A stretch of DNA of 55,728 bases from a virus (IMGVR_UViG_3300036861_000270:1-55728); one strand, 5' to 3'; positions 36,608 through 45,965 are shown, numbered from the stretch's first letter. Numbers and translations: made by a program. The notes: generated by a model not told the origin, from the sequence alone.

Positions 36608-36841
36608 TTAGAGCCAAGGGTTGCTGTGGATCGCGTGCTCTTCGGGGAATTGACAGCAACCCACGCCCGACTCGGGCCGGTCCGGCACCTTGTAGTAGAT
36701 GCGATGGGGAACATAGACAGCAGGACGTTCGCGGAGCAGGCGCGCCCATTCAGGGTCGAATCGGTCGGCTGCGTCAGCTAGCTGCATGACGGCCTCCATG
36801 AACCTTGCCTCATCCATGAAGAAAGCCGCATCTTTGCTCAT
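36608..36841 (-). CDS. hypothetical protein
   Basis: AGGAGG RBS; MSKDAAFF... Confidence 0.6.
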   Translation of the reverse strand: MSKDAAFFMDEARFMEAVMQLADAADRFDPEWARLLRERPAVYVPHRIYYKVPDRPESGVGCCQFPEEHAIHSNPWL

Positions 36842-36999
36842 CTCGCCTCCTGAAGTGGGTCTGGGAGCAGGCCGAGCGCGGCCGCCAACGTCTCCGGGTC
36901 CTGCGTGTAGAACTCCAACGACCCCAACCCCGCATGGCGGAGCGCATCCCGAACCAGGAACGGGTCGTGGGTCTGCCGACGGAGCCTCATCCTCCACTG

Positions 37000-37209
37000 T
37001 CAGGTCGAGGGCTGCCAGCCTGCCGCGTTCCGCGCCTCCCCGATCCGCTCGACCTCCGCCGGGAACGTCAGTAGGTCGGCCATGCCGAGGGCGAGCCGCT
37101 GCGGGATCGGGATGTGGAGCATGTCGGTGGCGTGGGTGGCTTCCTGGACGATGGTGGCGGCATAGCGCCACTGTTCGGCGGCGGCGTGGTAGTCCTCGAG
37201 CGTTGGCAC
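37000..37209 (-). CDS. hypothetical protein, paralog of 35325..35579
   Basis: 'LHIPIPQRLALGMADLLTFPAE'. Confidence 0.7.
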   Translation of the reverse strand: MPTLEDYHAAAEQWRYAATIVQEATHATDMLHIPIPQRLALGMADLLTFPAEVERIGEARNAAGWQPST

Positions 37210-37300
37210 TGGGCTTCCCTCTGTCGTATCTCTGCCGTTGTGGGAAGAGTTTAGCAGGAAGGTACCGACAAGGGAAGATTTTCGTGCCATGATTCATGGC

Positions 37301-37510
37301 ATGGCCGACGACCTCATCACTCTCGCCGACCTCGCCCGCCGAGTTGGCCTGAGCTCACGCAGGGTCCGCCAGATCGCGGACGCCGACCCCGCCTTCCCGC
37401 CACGGCGGCGTCTAGGCCGCTACTGGGTCGTCTCCTACTCCGAGGCCCGCGCCTACTTCGCCGCCCGCGGCGTCCCAGGCAAAAGCGGTCGGCCCCGCCG
37501 CCAGCGCTGA
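37301..37510 (+). CDS. AlpA/excisionase-like HTH protein
   Basis: 'LITLADLARRVGLSSRRVRQI....P.FP.'. Confidence 0.75.
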   Translation: MADDLITLADLARRVGLSSRRVRQIADADPAFPPRRRLGRYWVVSYSEARAYFAARGVPGKSGRPRRQR

Positions 37511-37526
37511 GCAGACCACTCCCCCA

Positions 37527-38294
37527 TCAGCGCTTCCGGCCGGCGCGGAGCTGCTCCAGGATGTCCCCCACATACCGTTCGGAGACGGTTACTTCACCCC
37601 CCCGGTTGATCGCTGCGGCGATCTCCCGCGGCTTCCGCGCGGCGAGCTCCGGATGCTCCACCAGATATCTCTCAACGTAAAGACGCTTGGCGCCGTAGAC
37701 CGCCAGATCCACCCCGCCCGCATTGTGCCCGTTGCCCAGTTCGGAACCTGGGCCGCTGGCAGTTTCTATCCCGGGCCGGATCAGCTCGCCCTCGAGCGTG
37801 TCCTGCCTCCGAACGATCCGGGCAGGCTCCGCCGATGGGGGAGCGAGGTGGATAACATCCGCGCCGCTGGCGGCCGCCAGCATCTTCAACAGGTACGCCA
37901 ACCCGAGTGTCACTAGGATCGACGCGACCGGCACCGCAAGCGCGATCGCGCGGACCTGCTCGGGAACACGGGTCGCGTTGAAGTACAGCGTGCCGGCCGC
38001 GGCGATCAGCACCAGCACGAACGGGATCGCGCGCGGGTAGGGAACGACCCTGCCGCGTTCCTCGACGCGGACCATGGACGCGGCGATCAGCAGCACCTCG
38101 AAGAACAGCAGTGCCATGTCTACCCCGATCGGGAACAGCCAGGCGTGTCCCTGGCCGAACTTGAGCGCGGGGTTCTCCGCGGCTTCGCGGAGCGCGAAGA
38201 AGCTCAGGGTGAACGCGGCGACGGCGACGCCGATGCCGAGCAGCAGCGCGACGCCGAGCACGGCACGCAGGTTAGATGGCAGCGAGGACCACAT
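37527..38294 (-). CDS. DUF2637-like multi-TM protein with C-terminal HTH-like region
   Basis: 'AAF.LSF.ALR..A......AWLFPIGVD'; four TM helices. Confidence 0.7.
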   Translation of the reverse strand: MWSSLPSNLRAVLGVALLLGIGVAVAAFTLSFFALREAAENPALKFGQGHAWLFPIGVDMALLFFEVLLIAASMVRVEERGRVVPYPRAIPFVLVLIAAAGTLYFNATRVPEQVRAIALAVPVASILVTLGLAYLLKMLAAASGADVIHLAPPSAEPARIVRRQDTLEGELIRPGIETASGPGSELGNGHNAGGVDLAVYGAKRLYVERYLVEHPELAARKPREIAAAINRGGEVTVSERYVGDILEQLRAGRKR

Positions 38295-38795
38295 TCAGGT
38301 CTTCCTCCTTGGGGTGGTGGTCGTGGTGGGGGAGAGGCCCTTGGCCTTGTCGCCCGCATGTGCCCACGCGCAGCGGACGAACCCCACCGGGTCCTTCCCG
38401 AATCCGGGGCAGCCCGCCGCCAGAACCGCCGCCTGTCGATGGGCCGGCCGGGCCGCAGGCTTGACGCCCGGGGGAGTGGGGGACTGCGACAGCAACGAGA
38501 CGAGCAGGGCCGCCGCAACCGCCTGCAAGATCAGCGCCACGGCCCACCGGTTGTCGAGCTCTTCCTTCCGGAACGCCACCACCACCGTCCCCAGCACGAA
38601 CGCGACCAGGCCGAGTACCACCCAGCCGACCTGCGACATGCCATAGAGCGGACCGGAGAACCGGGCCCGGACGTAGACGACCAGACCGATCAGTCCCGCC
38701 ACGACCGCCAGGACGAGGATGGTCTTGCCGCGGGGTCCGGAACGGATCGGCACGGTCGGGGTCGACGACGTCGGTGCAAGCGCTCGACTGGCCAT
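38295..38795 (-). CDS. membrane protein
   Basis: Three hydrophobic helices. Confidence 0.7.
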   Translation of the reverse strand: MASRALAPTSSTPTVPIRSGPRGKTILVLAVVAGLIGLVVYVRARFSGPLYGMSQVGWVVLGLVAFVLGTVVVAFRKEELDNRWAVALILQAVAAALLVSLLSQSPTPPGVKPAARPAHRQAAVLAAGCPGFGKDPVGFVRCAWAHAGDKAKGLSPTTTTTPRRKT

Positions 38796-38983
38796 CAACG
38801 TCCCCCCTCGATCGTGGCCACGGGATGCTGCAGGTCGAGGGCGTTCGTCGCGATGATCGTGCCGCCGAATGCGGCGACCGCCAGGAACAGCAGCCCCATC
38901 ACCACCAGCACCGACGTGAACCGGCCACTGCGGCGGCCCTTGCGGCGCCGACGCCGCTTGGTCTTGCGGGTCTTGCTTGGCAT
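38795..38983 (-). CDS. small membrane protein with very basic N-terminus
   Basis: AAGGAG RBS; MPSKTRKTKRRRRRK followed by a TM helix. Confidence 0.65.
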   Translation of the reverse strand: MPSKTRKTKRRRRRKGRRSGRFTSVLVVMGLLFLAVAAFGGTIIATNALDLQHPVATIEGGR

Positions 38984-39009
38984 CCGATCACTCCTTGTTT
39001 GAGCTTGGG

Positions 39010-39084
39010 TCAGTCCTTGGTGAAGGCCAGCCGGATACAGGCACCGACGAACACAACGACGAGTAGGACGGTGGCAACGCTCAC
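39010..39084 (-). CDS. 24-aa TM peptide
   Basis: GGAGG plus GTG; MSVATVLLVVVFVGACIRLAFTKD. Confidence 0.4.
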   Translation of the reverse strand: MSVATVLLVVVFVGACIRLAFTKD

Positions 39085-39087
39085 GAG

Positions 39088-39690
39088 TCACCTCCCCCCA
39101 GCCTGGTAGGAACGGGCGAGGAACTGGCGGTAGGTACCGCGCGTGTAGGTGGTCCAGGGCGTCCAGTCGGCCCCGCCGCCGGAGATCCCATAGGCGGCAC
39201 GCATGCAGGTCGCCGGGTCATACAGATCCGCGTTCGAGCGCAGATGGAACCGAGCACGCCGCGCCGGGCCGAGCTGGCCGAGCATGTTGATCTGCATCAG
39301 GCAGTAGGAGTCATCCGGCGGCACCGGGTTGTGCGCCTGCGGCCGACCGCCCGACTCGGCCAGCGCCACCGCCGTAGCGGTCACCGACTCCGAACTCGAG
39401 AACCCCGCCGCGCGGGCGTAGGCATGGATCCTCTCCGGGCTGAGCCGTGCGGCCGACCCTGGCAGAACCAGCGTGAGAGCGGCGGGGGAGTGCCGCTTGG
39501 GCTTGTGGGGCTTAGTGTCCTGCCCGACCGTATGCCGCAGATCGGTGGCGACCGCCAGGACGAACTCGCGCGGGTCGTGAACGTGATGGTCGGAGCAGTA
39601 GCCGTAGACCACCACCGCCAGCACGAACCACGGGGCCAGCTTCACCCGGGTCCGTACCGAGCTCCGCTGCTCGGGGTAGCGCGGGATCAT
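39088..39690 (-). CDS. membrane-anchored lytic transglycosylase (SLT/lysozyme-like)
   Basis: N-terminal TM; 'AVALAESGG...A.N', 'LMQIN', 'LYDP', 'W.PWTTY'. Confidence 0.8.
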   Translation of the reverse strand: MIPRYPEQRSSVRTRVKLAPWFVLAVVVYGYCSDHHVHDPREFVLAVATDLRHTVGQDTKPHKPKRHSPAALTLVLPGSAARLSPERIHAYARAAGFSSSESVTATAVALAESGGRPQAHNPVPPDDSYCLMQINMLGQLGPARRARFHLRSNADLYDPATCMRAAYGISGGGADWTPWTTYTRGTYRQFLARSYQAGGR

Positions 39691-39987
39691 GCGGCTCTAG
39701 CCCATCGGACGAGCGGCATGGGACGATCAACGAGCATCCGGAGACCACCTTCAGATGCAATGAGACCCGGCGGGGAGGTTGCGTCTTCCCGCCGGGCTCC
39801 CTGGCTTCACTTCTGCGGCTTCGCACGCTCCTGCTTGCCGCTATGCAGTTGTGGCGCCCACGCGAGGCGGATAGATCCCTGCCGCCCTCCCCTGCGGCAC
39901 TCAAGTTTCCCTTTAACACAAGGGGAGCATAACCGTTCTGACCAGCGGCGTCTAGTGAGGCTTTAACGAATGCGCTATGCTCTGAGC

Positions 39988-40284
39988 ATGGCAGAGCACC
40001 CAACCATCACCGACGCGCTGGAGCTGCTCGACCGCGCCCACCAGCTCGCCCGCCAAACCATCGCCCAGGCACCCAGCCCACAACAGGCACTCGAGTGGGC
40101 CGCTGCGTACGCCAAGGCCGCCGACATGATCCGCCGCAAGGCCTTCGGGCTCCGCGGTGATACCGCCGCCGAGATCTGGCGCAGCGAGGAGTTCGATATC
40201 GCCCTGGCCGACGTCGCCGAACCCTACGGCGTGACCGAGCAGCGAGCCTGGCAGATCATCCGGGAAGCGAAGGGGGAGTCATGA
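39988..40284 (+). CDS. HTH protein
   Basis: 'LADVA..YGVTEQRAWQII'; apparently leaderless, TATGCT 6 nt upstream. Confidence 0.7.
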   Translation: MAEHPTITDALELLDRAHQLARQTIAQAPSPQQALEWAAAYAKAADMIRRKAFGLRGDTAAEIWRSEEFDIALADVAEPYGVTEQRAWQIIREAKGES

Positions 40285-40844
40285 CCGACCAATTGCTGTA
40301 CGGGACCGTCGACCTCTGGGCCGTCGCCGCTGACGAGCAGGGCATCTGGGCACTCAATCCCCAGGCCCCAAGGCCCTGGCCAACCCCACCCCTGCACTAC
40401 ATCGAAGGCGACCTCAACCCCGCCCACACCGCCGCCGAGCTTGAACTCATCCAGCACGGCATCGACCTCGCACGGGTGCCTTGCCTGCACTCCACCTCCT
40501 GGCGCATCCAGGACCACGCGATGATCCTGCACTACTTGGCGATCATCGACGTCGGAGACGCGGTCGTCCGCCAACTGTACCCGCAGGCCAAGCCGTTCTC
40601 CCCGCACCTGCATGAGGTCGTCGGGCAGCCCCGCCACCACGGTGCCGCCGCACCGCCCGAGGAGAACCGCTACATCGACATCCTCCGCCACGGCGTTCGC
40701 CACTACCGGTTCCTCGGCGACATGGCCTCCATAGGCTACGACGAGCCCATCGGCCGGGCCCTGCCGGAGATCTGGCACCAGCAGCTCGCCAACGTCACCC
40801 CCGCGGTCGCCAAGATGTTCGGGCCCGTCACCGACGCGGCATAG
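40281..40844 (+). CDS. hypothetical protein, possibly a degenerate Nudix fold
   Basis: 'HSTSWR...ILHY' and 'LRHGVRHYRFL', recalled from an actinobacterial Nudix-like family; no canonical Nudix box. Confidence 0.45.
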   Translation: MTDQLLYGTVDLWAVAADEQGIWALNPQAPRPWPTPPLHYIEGDLNPAHTAAELELIQHGIDLARVPCLHSTSWRIQDHAMILHYLAIIDVGDAVVRQLYPQAKPFSPHLHEVVGQPRHHGAAAPPEENRYIDILRHGVRHYRFLGDMASIGYDEPIGRALPEIWHQQLANVTPAVAKMFGPVTDAA

Positions 40845-40872
40845 GCCATGAGGACGGGTCCGTAATGTCGCG

Positions 40873-40900
40873 GGTTTACATAACGAGGATTATGGGGGAG
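40873..40900 (-). other. dif-like 28-bp recombination site
   Basis: CTCCCCCATAA-TCCTCG-TTATGTAAACC (11-6-11), 18 bp past the recombinase stop. Confidence 0.7.
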
Positions 40901-40918
40901 TCGCGAGAGGGGTCAAGT

Positions 40919-42022
40919 TTACCTCGATCGGGGGTCCGGGAGGCGTCGGACCTCCGCCGCGATCTGCGGCTCGGCGCCCCGTGTGTACCGCTGGGTCGTC
41001 TCGATCTTGGAGTGGCCCAGCAGGATCTGGATGACCTCGAGGTCGGTGCCGTTGCGGCGCAGCGCGGTCGCGTACGAGTGGCGCAGCTGGTGCAGGGTCG
41101 CATGGAACCCGTTGGCGCGCAGCCACCGGCCACCCTCCACGCTGACAGTGGCCGGCTTCATCGGCCGCCCGTTGTACTCCCCGTCATGGTCCCGGCCCTC
41201 CACTAGCGGCCCCGACCGTGGCCGCCGTGCCAAGTAGGTGCGGATGAACTCGTAGGAGGCCTGGTGGAGTGGGATGTTGCGGCGCTTCTGCCCCTTGCCG
41301 TGGACCTCGATGAGGATGTCGTCGCCCTCCTCCCAGAACCGTTCGATCCGGGCGCCGGCGATCTCCATGCACCGCAGTCCCCCACCCCAGGCGAGCCAGC
41401 AGATCATCGCCATCCGCTCGTCGCTGCGTTCGGCGGTGGTGAGAATCGCGGCGACCATCGCATCCGGGAGGGCCCGCGCTGGGCCCTCCTCGACCTTGGG
41501 GCCACGTACCCCGAGCAGCAGGTGCCTGGGGAGCAGCTTGGGGTTGGTGGTGGCACACCACTCGTAGAAGCGGACCACCACCGCGGTGCGGTGCTTGCGG
41601 GTCGCTGCCGACAGCATCTCCCCCTTCCGCGGCCCCGACCGCGCCGGCAGGGCCAGCCATCGCAGCAGGTGCCGCTCAAGGTTGCGGCCATGCCACCGCG
41701 GCTGGTTGTCCGCGTCGCGTGGCAGGGTGGCCATGAAGTCGTACAGGGTCGCGCGGTAGTCGCCGACGGTCCGCTCCGAGTAGCCACGTTGCACCAGCAT
41801 CCAGCTCCTGTACCGGTCGAACGCGGTGCCAAAGGTGACGATCCCCAACGCGTCCACGTCAGGGTCAAGGCCGAGCTGTTGCCGGATCCGGTCGGCCACC
41901 AGCAGCACCACCGCGAGGACGAACAGGTACAGCAGCGTGCGAGGGTTCAGGTGGTCGTAGATGAGGTCGTGGAGTTGGGTGACAGGGTCACGGTCACCGA
42001 GCAAGTGGAGATGGCGGAGCAC
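40919..42022 (-). CDS. int: tyrosine recombinase/integrase (XerC/D-like)
   Basis: R (GLRCME), K (GKGQK), HxxR (HQLRH), LGH and Y (TQRY); GAAGGAG RBS before GTG at 42022. Confidence 0.92.
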   Translation of the reverse strand: MLRHLHLLGDRDPVTQLHDLIYDHLNPRTLLYLFVLAVVLLVADRIRQQLGLDPDVDALGIVTFGTAFDRYRSWMLVQRGYSERTVGDYRATLYDFMATLPRDADNQPRWHGRNLERHLLRWLALPARSGPRKGEMLSAATRKHRTAVVVRFYEWCATTNPKLLPRHLLLGVRGPKVEEGPARALPDAMVAAILTTAERSDERMAMICWLAWGGGLRCMEIAGARIERFWEEGDDILIEVHGKGQKRRNIPLHQASYEFIRTYLARRPRSGPLVEGRDHDGEYNGRPMKPATVSVEGGRWLRANGFHATLHQLRHSYATALRRNGTDLEVIQILLGHSKIETTQRYTRGAEPQIAAEVRRLPDPRSR

Positions 42023-42168
42023 CGGCGCTCCTTCCATGTTGGGGATGCTGTCCGCCATGGGGAGGCTGCGATGCTCACATCAAACGGCCGCTTTCACTAT
42101 ATGAAAGCGACGTACCCGTAACTACGGTCTTTAGGTCGTTACAGCCGGTTATAGAGCAAACGGGTACT

Positions 42169-42384
42169 CTAGGCCGGAACCGTCCCGCTCGGGATCTCGC
42201 GTTGGAGTTCGCGAAGCCAGCCGATCGCCCACTTCACGATGCCCGGGTCGGTGGAGTTGACCACTTGGCCGAGCGCGGTGGAGACCTTGAATCGGTCCAC
42301 GGCCGGGTAATCCTCGAGGATCTTGACGGCCTCGGCGATCAGTTCACGCAGGTCGCGGACCTCGAGGTCCAGCGGTGTCGTCAT
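42169..42384 (-). CDS. hypothetical protein
   Basis: ATGA overlap within the repressor operon. Confidence 0.6.
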   Translation of the reverse strand: MTTPLDLEVRDLRELIAEAVKILEDYPAVDRFKVSTALGQVVNSTDPGIVKWAIGWLRELQREIPSGTVPA

Positions 42385-42548
42385 TGGGGTTCTTCCTGCA
42401 TGAGCTTGACTTCCTCCGGCGTGGCAGCCCGCACCGGCACTCTGGCGTAGCAGACCATGCAGAAGGCTCGGGAAGGGTTCTGGCGGCTTCGCCATTCGTC
42501 GGGAATGCCGTTGCCGCACCGTACGCAGATGACAGGTGGTGTCGTCAT
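42381..42548 (-). CDS. 55-aa zinc-finger-like protein
   Basis: CVRC...CMVC; ATGA overlap with the repressor stop. Confidence 0.55.
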   Translation of the reverse strand: MTTPPVICVRCGNGIPDEWRSRQNPSRAFCMVCYARVPVRAATPEEVKLMQEEPQ

Positions 42549-42952
42549 GCGGCTACCCTCTCAAGTTGCTGACCAGTGTGATCCCACAACCCGACCTTAG
42601 TGTGATCACGCAGGTCGGTTGAGGCACCGACCGCCGCGAACTCGCCGGTGTCTAACGCCGCGCGAAACCGCCGATAGCCGTCCTCGTCAAGGTCGGGCGG
42701 CCACAACCCCACGGTCTTCCACGCCCCCTCCCACTCCAGCCCCAGGAAGCGGATCAGGCGGGTGATCAGTTCGATGGTGGTCTCGTCGCCGGGCTTCAGT
42801 TCGCGGCTGCCCTGCGCGATGCGGCGGATCTGCGTAGGGTCCAGGCCTCGTCCGTCCGGCAGGATGCCGATTGCCGCCGCGATGTCGGCGCGGGTCCACC
42901 CTTTGGCAAGCCGCGCCTCTTCGACCATGCGGCCGAACTCTCGCGCTCCCAT
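42545..42952 (-). CDS. immunity repressor (XRE/CI-like)
   Basis: 'FG..VE.AR..KGWT..DIA..IG'; divergent from the Cro-like gene. Confidence 0.8.
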   Translation of the reverse strand: MGAREFGRMVEEARLAKGWTRADIAAAIGILPDGRGLDPTQIRRIAQGSRELKPGDETTIELITRLIRFLGLEWEGAWKTVGLWPPDLDEDGYRRFRAALDTGEFAAVGASTDLRDHTKVGLWDHTGQQLERVAA

Positions 42953-43010
42953 CTGCTGAGCTCCCTTCATCTGCCACGACCGGCTGCTGGCAGGCCACGT
43001 TGCCGTTTCT

Positions 43011-43124
43011 AGTCTGCCGTGACGCCACACAAGTGTCAATCACTACGTCGTCGTCCTACACCTGCACGAGACATGAATGTCTTCGTCTGACACTCTTGAC
43101 ACCCACGACACAGGTGTCTAGTCT
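43011..43124. promoter_or_regulatory. divergent promoters with GACAC-N2-GTGTC operators
   Basis: Rightward TTGACA(43096)-N17-TAGTCT; leftward TTGACA(43039)-N17-CAGACT; operators at 43026-43037 and 43107-43118. Confidence 0.8.
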
Positions 43125-43155
43125 CTGGTTCTCGACTCCAGGGGAGGCCACCACG

Positions 43156-43395
43156 TTGACCGGATCAACGATCGCCCGGCTCCGCCATGAGCGGAACCTC
43201 AGCCAGCACCAACTTGCCGTGAAGGCTGGTCTGACGGCCCGGACGATCTCCCGGCTGGAGAACGACAAGCACCCCCCGCGGCTGGAAACCCTCCAGGCAC
43301 TCGCCGAGGCGTTCGGGATGACCCCGGACCGGCTGCTCGCCGAGGCCCGCAAGGACGCCGAGAAAGCCGCAGCCGCCGCAGGGGCACCCTCATGA
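43156..43395 (+). CDS. Cro-like XRE HTH protein
   Basis: 'IARLR.ERNLSQ.QLA.KAGL...TISRLEN....PRLETL..LA.AFG'. Confidence 0.88.
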   Translation: MTGSTIARLRHERNLSQHQLAVKAGLTARTISRLENDKHPPRLETLQALAEAFGMTPDRLLAEARKDAEKAAAAAGAPS

Positions 43396-43995
43396 CCGGC
43401 ACCTGCCTCCTCTGCGGCGCCCCCGCCACCAACGTCCTCGTCATTGACGGGGAGCAGTTCGAGTACTGCTCCGCCCATGTCACCCCGTCCGTCCCCGGGC
43501 GGGTCTCGGGTGGTGCCATGGCCGATGGTGCCGACCCCACCGACGGTTGCAGCCCTAGGGAGAGGGCTCCCGACGGTGAGCGGTCCGAGACCCGCCCGGT
43601 TTCCACGTCCGAGGCGGAGGTGGCGGGACCGGCGACGGCCGCGCCCTTGGGTAGGTGGATCGCCTCCGCCTCGGACCATCAGCCCATCGCCATTGACGAG
43701 TGGACCGAGTTCCGCCTCTCCGGCCCCATCACCAACATCAACATCCCAGGGGGGATCTTGTAATGACCGTCCTACTCATCGTCGTTGGCTATCTGGCCGG
43801 GTCGCTGCTGCTGGCGGTCGGGGTCGGCCGGTTCATCCGCGCCGGCCACCGACCAACCCCGCCCACACCGCCGTACCGGGTCGGCGACCCCACCACCTAC
43901 CGGAAGAGACCGTGAACGCCAGCGGCGCCAGCCCTCGAGAGACCGGCGCCGCCAACACCCGAACAGAGCACACCACAGGGAAGGAAAGGTAGCAC

Positions 43996-44277
43996 ATGAG
44001 GTCCACATCGCCATTCGCCGGCAAGACCGTGAAAGTGAAGCCCGCCGCCACATGGGATGGGCTCATCGACGACGCTGAATACCGCGTCGAGGACTGGTGG
44101 CAGAACGTCTACGGACAGTCCTGGATGACCGCAGAAGGCAACCCTGCCGCGCTCATCTACGCAATGCGAGCCGCCACAGGGGGGCTACCAACCGACGATG
44201 AGGTGCTCTACGGCAAGGTCGGTCCCTTCGGCTACCTCGTCCACATGCAGGAAATCGGCGATGTGGTGACCTCGTGA
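43996..44277 (+). CDS. hypothetical protein
   Basis: RBS; 'YRVEDWW', 'VLYGKVG'. Confidence 0.7.
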   Translation: MRSTSPFAGKTVKVKPAATWDGLIDDAEYRVEDWWQNVYGQSWMTAEGNPAALIYAMRAATGGLPTDDEVLYGKVGPFGYLVHMQEIGDVVTS

Positions 44278-45965
44278 CCGTCGCCGCGCCGCCGCTGCCG
44301 AGCACCGTCGAACTCGACATTGCCATGGCCCGCATCGACGACGCGCTGCTCCGGCTGTGCCTCCTCGGCGACACCGTGCCCAGCGGGGACCGTCACCAGA
44401 TCCGCAACGACCTGGCCGCCGCGGTCGCCGCGGTGGTCACCCATCGTCGCCTCCACGCCGCGGAGGTGCGCTGATGGCGACACATGTCTGCCCGGCGGAT
44501 GGGTGCGAGGTCGAGGTCGCCATGGACAAGCTCGCCTGCCCGGTGCATTGGGCACGGGTAAGTCGGCCCACGCAACAGCGGGTCTATCAGACCTGGAGAG
44601 CACGCAAACGGCTAAAGACGCTGGAGACGATACGCGCTCATCACCGAGCGATGACCGCCGCCGAACTGGAGATGAACAGCGACCCCGGGGAGGAATCCTC
44701 ATGACCTCCGCGACCCGGGTCACCCATCGTGACCTGATCATCCCCGTCCACTGGCTCCGCAGGGTCGCCATGTGCGACGACCCCCAACTCCCGGGAGTGC
44801 TGCGGGAGAAGTACCGGCGACTGGCGGACGAACTCACCCGCGACCTCGACTCGTGCCGGCAGGATCTGCTCCACCAGGAGGCCGCCGAATGATCGACCTC
44901 GCCAAGGCGCAGCAACTCTGCGACACGCTGACGACTGATAGGACCGTGCAGGCGGTCAAGCGGTACGCCCTGAACCTCGACGTGCGGCTCGTGGATGCCA
45001 CCGCTGCATTGGAACTGCTACCCGGCCTGATCGCTGAACTGCGCGCCACGCGGGAGGTCATCGAGGAAGTTCGGCGGTGGGAAATCGGCGACGAGTGGAC
45101 CGACATCATGGCCGCCATCGCCGCCTACGAAAAGGTCACAGGGGAGGCGAGCCGCTGATGCCGCATGTGCTCGGACCCGTCGACGGGCCACCGCCACCCA
45201 CCAGCAACGAAACCCTGCTCCGTGAGGCGGTCGACCGGCTCCGCCTTGAACTGGACGAGTGCCGTTCGGTCATCGCTCTACACCAGCAGAACGGCTGCGG
45301 CAAGCAGCTCTACGCCGAAGGGCTCCAAAACGAGCTGCGCGCAGCGCGGGAGGTATACGCCGAGCTTGGCCCCGTTCTCGAGCCGCTGCGGGCCATGCAC
45401 GGCCGTCATCCCGGCACCCGCATTCCGCCATGCGGTTGGTGCCGTCTCATCTTCGCCTACGACAAGGCCATCAAGGCTATGGGGGGCAAGTGATGGCTAA
45501 CAAGAGACACGACCCCCGAACGGGCCGGTTCGTCGGCCGGTTCGCCAGCCGCCAGACCCTCCGGCGGCTCGCCGACCTCCCCGACCAGGAATGGGCCACC
45601 GACGAGGCTGCGCTGGCCATCCTCGAGGGCGGCATCGCCCTGGCCATCTCCGGCGGCTGGCAGCCACCAGCCGAGGTCGAACTGGACGGTACGCCATGAG
45701 CGTCCGCTACTTCCTGGTCACCGCGCCCGACGAGACGCGCATGCGCATGTGGCTCAACACCACCTACGCCAATTGGCTGGAAGGTCGCCCCAACCGGAAT
45801 GGCGGCGAGACTTGGTCGGTGACCGTGTTCGGCGAGCATGCCAGCCACTTCATTGAGGTGGCTCTGGCCATGCCCGTCACCCTCGAGGAGATCGAAGGCG
45901 CTGGAGACGCCGAGCAGTACCGACTGCTGGTTGGCGACCCCGGAACGGGCTGGGGCGAGCCATGA
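44274..45965 (+). other. run of translationally coupled small early genes (44274, 44474, 44701, 44889, 45158, 45493, 45696)
   Basis: Each start overlaps the previous stop (ATGA/TGATG), mostly with a GGAGG-like RBS. Confidence 0.65.
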
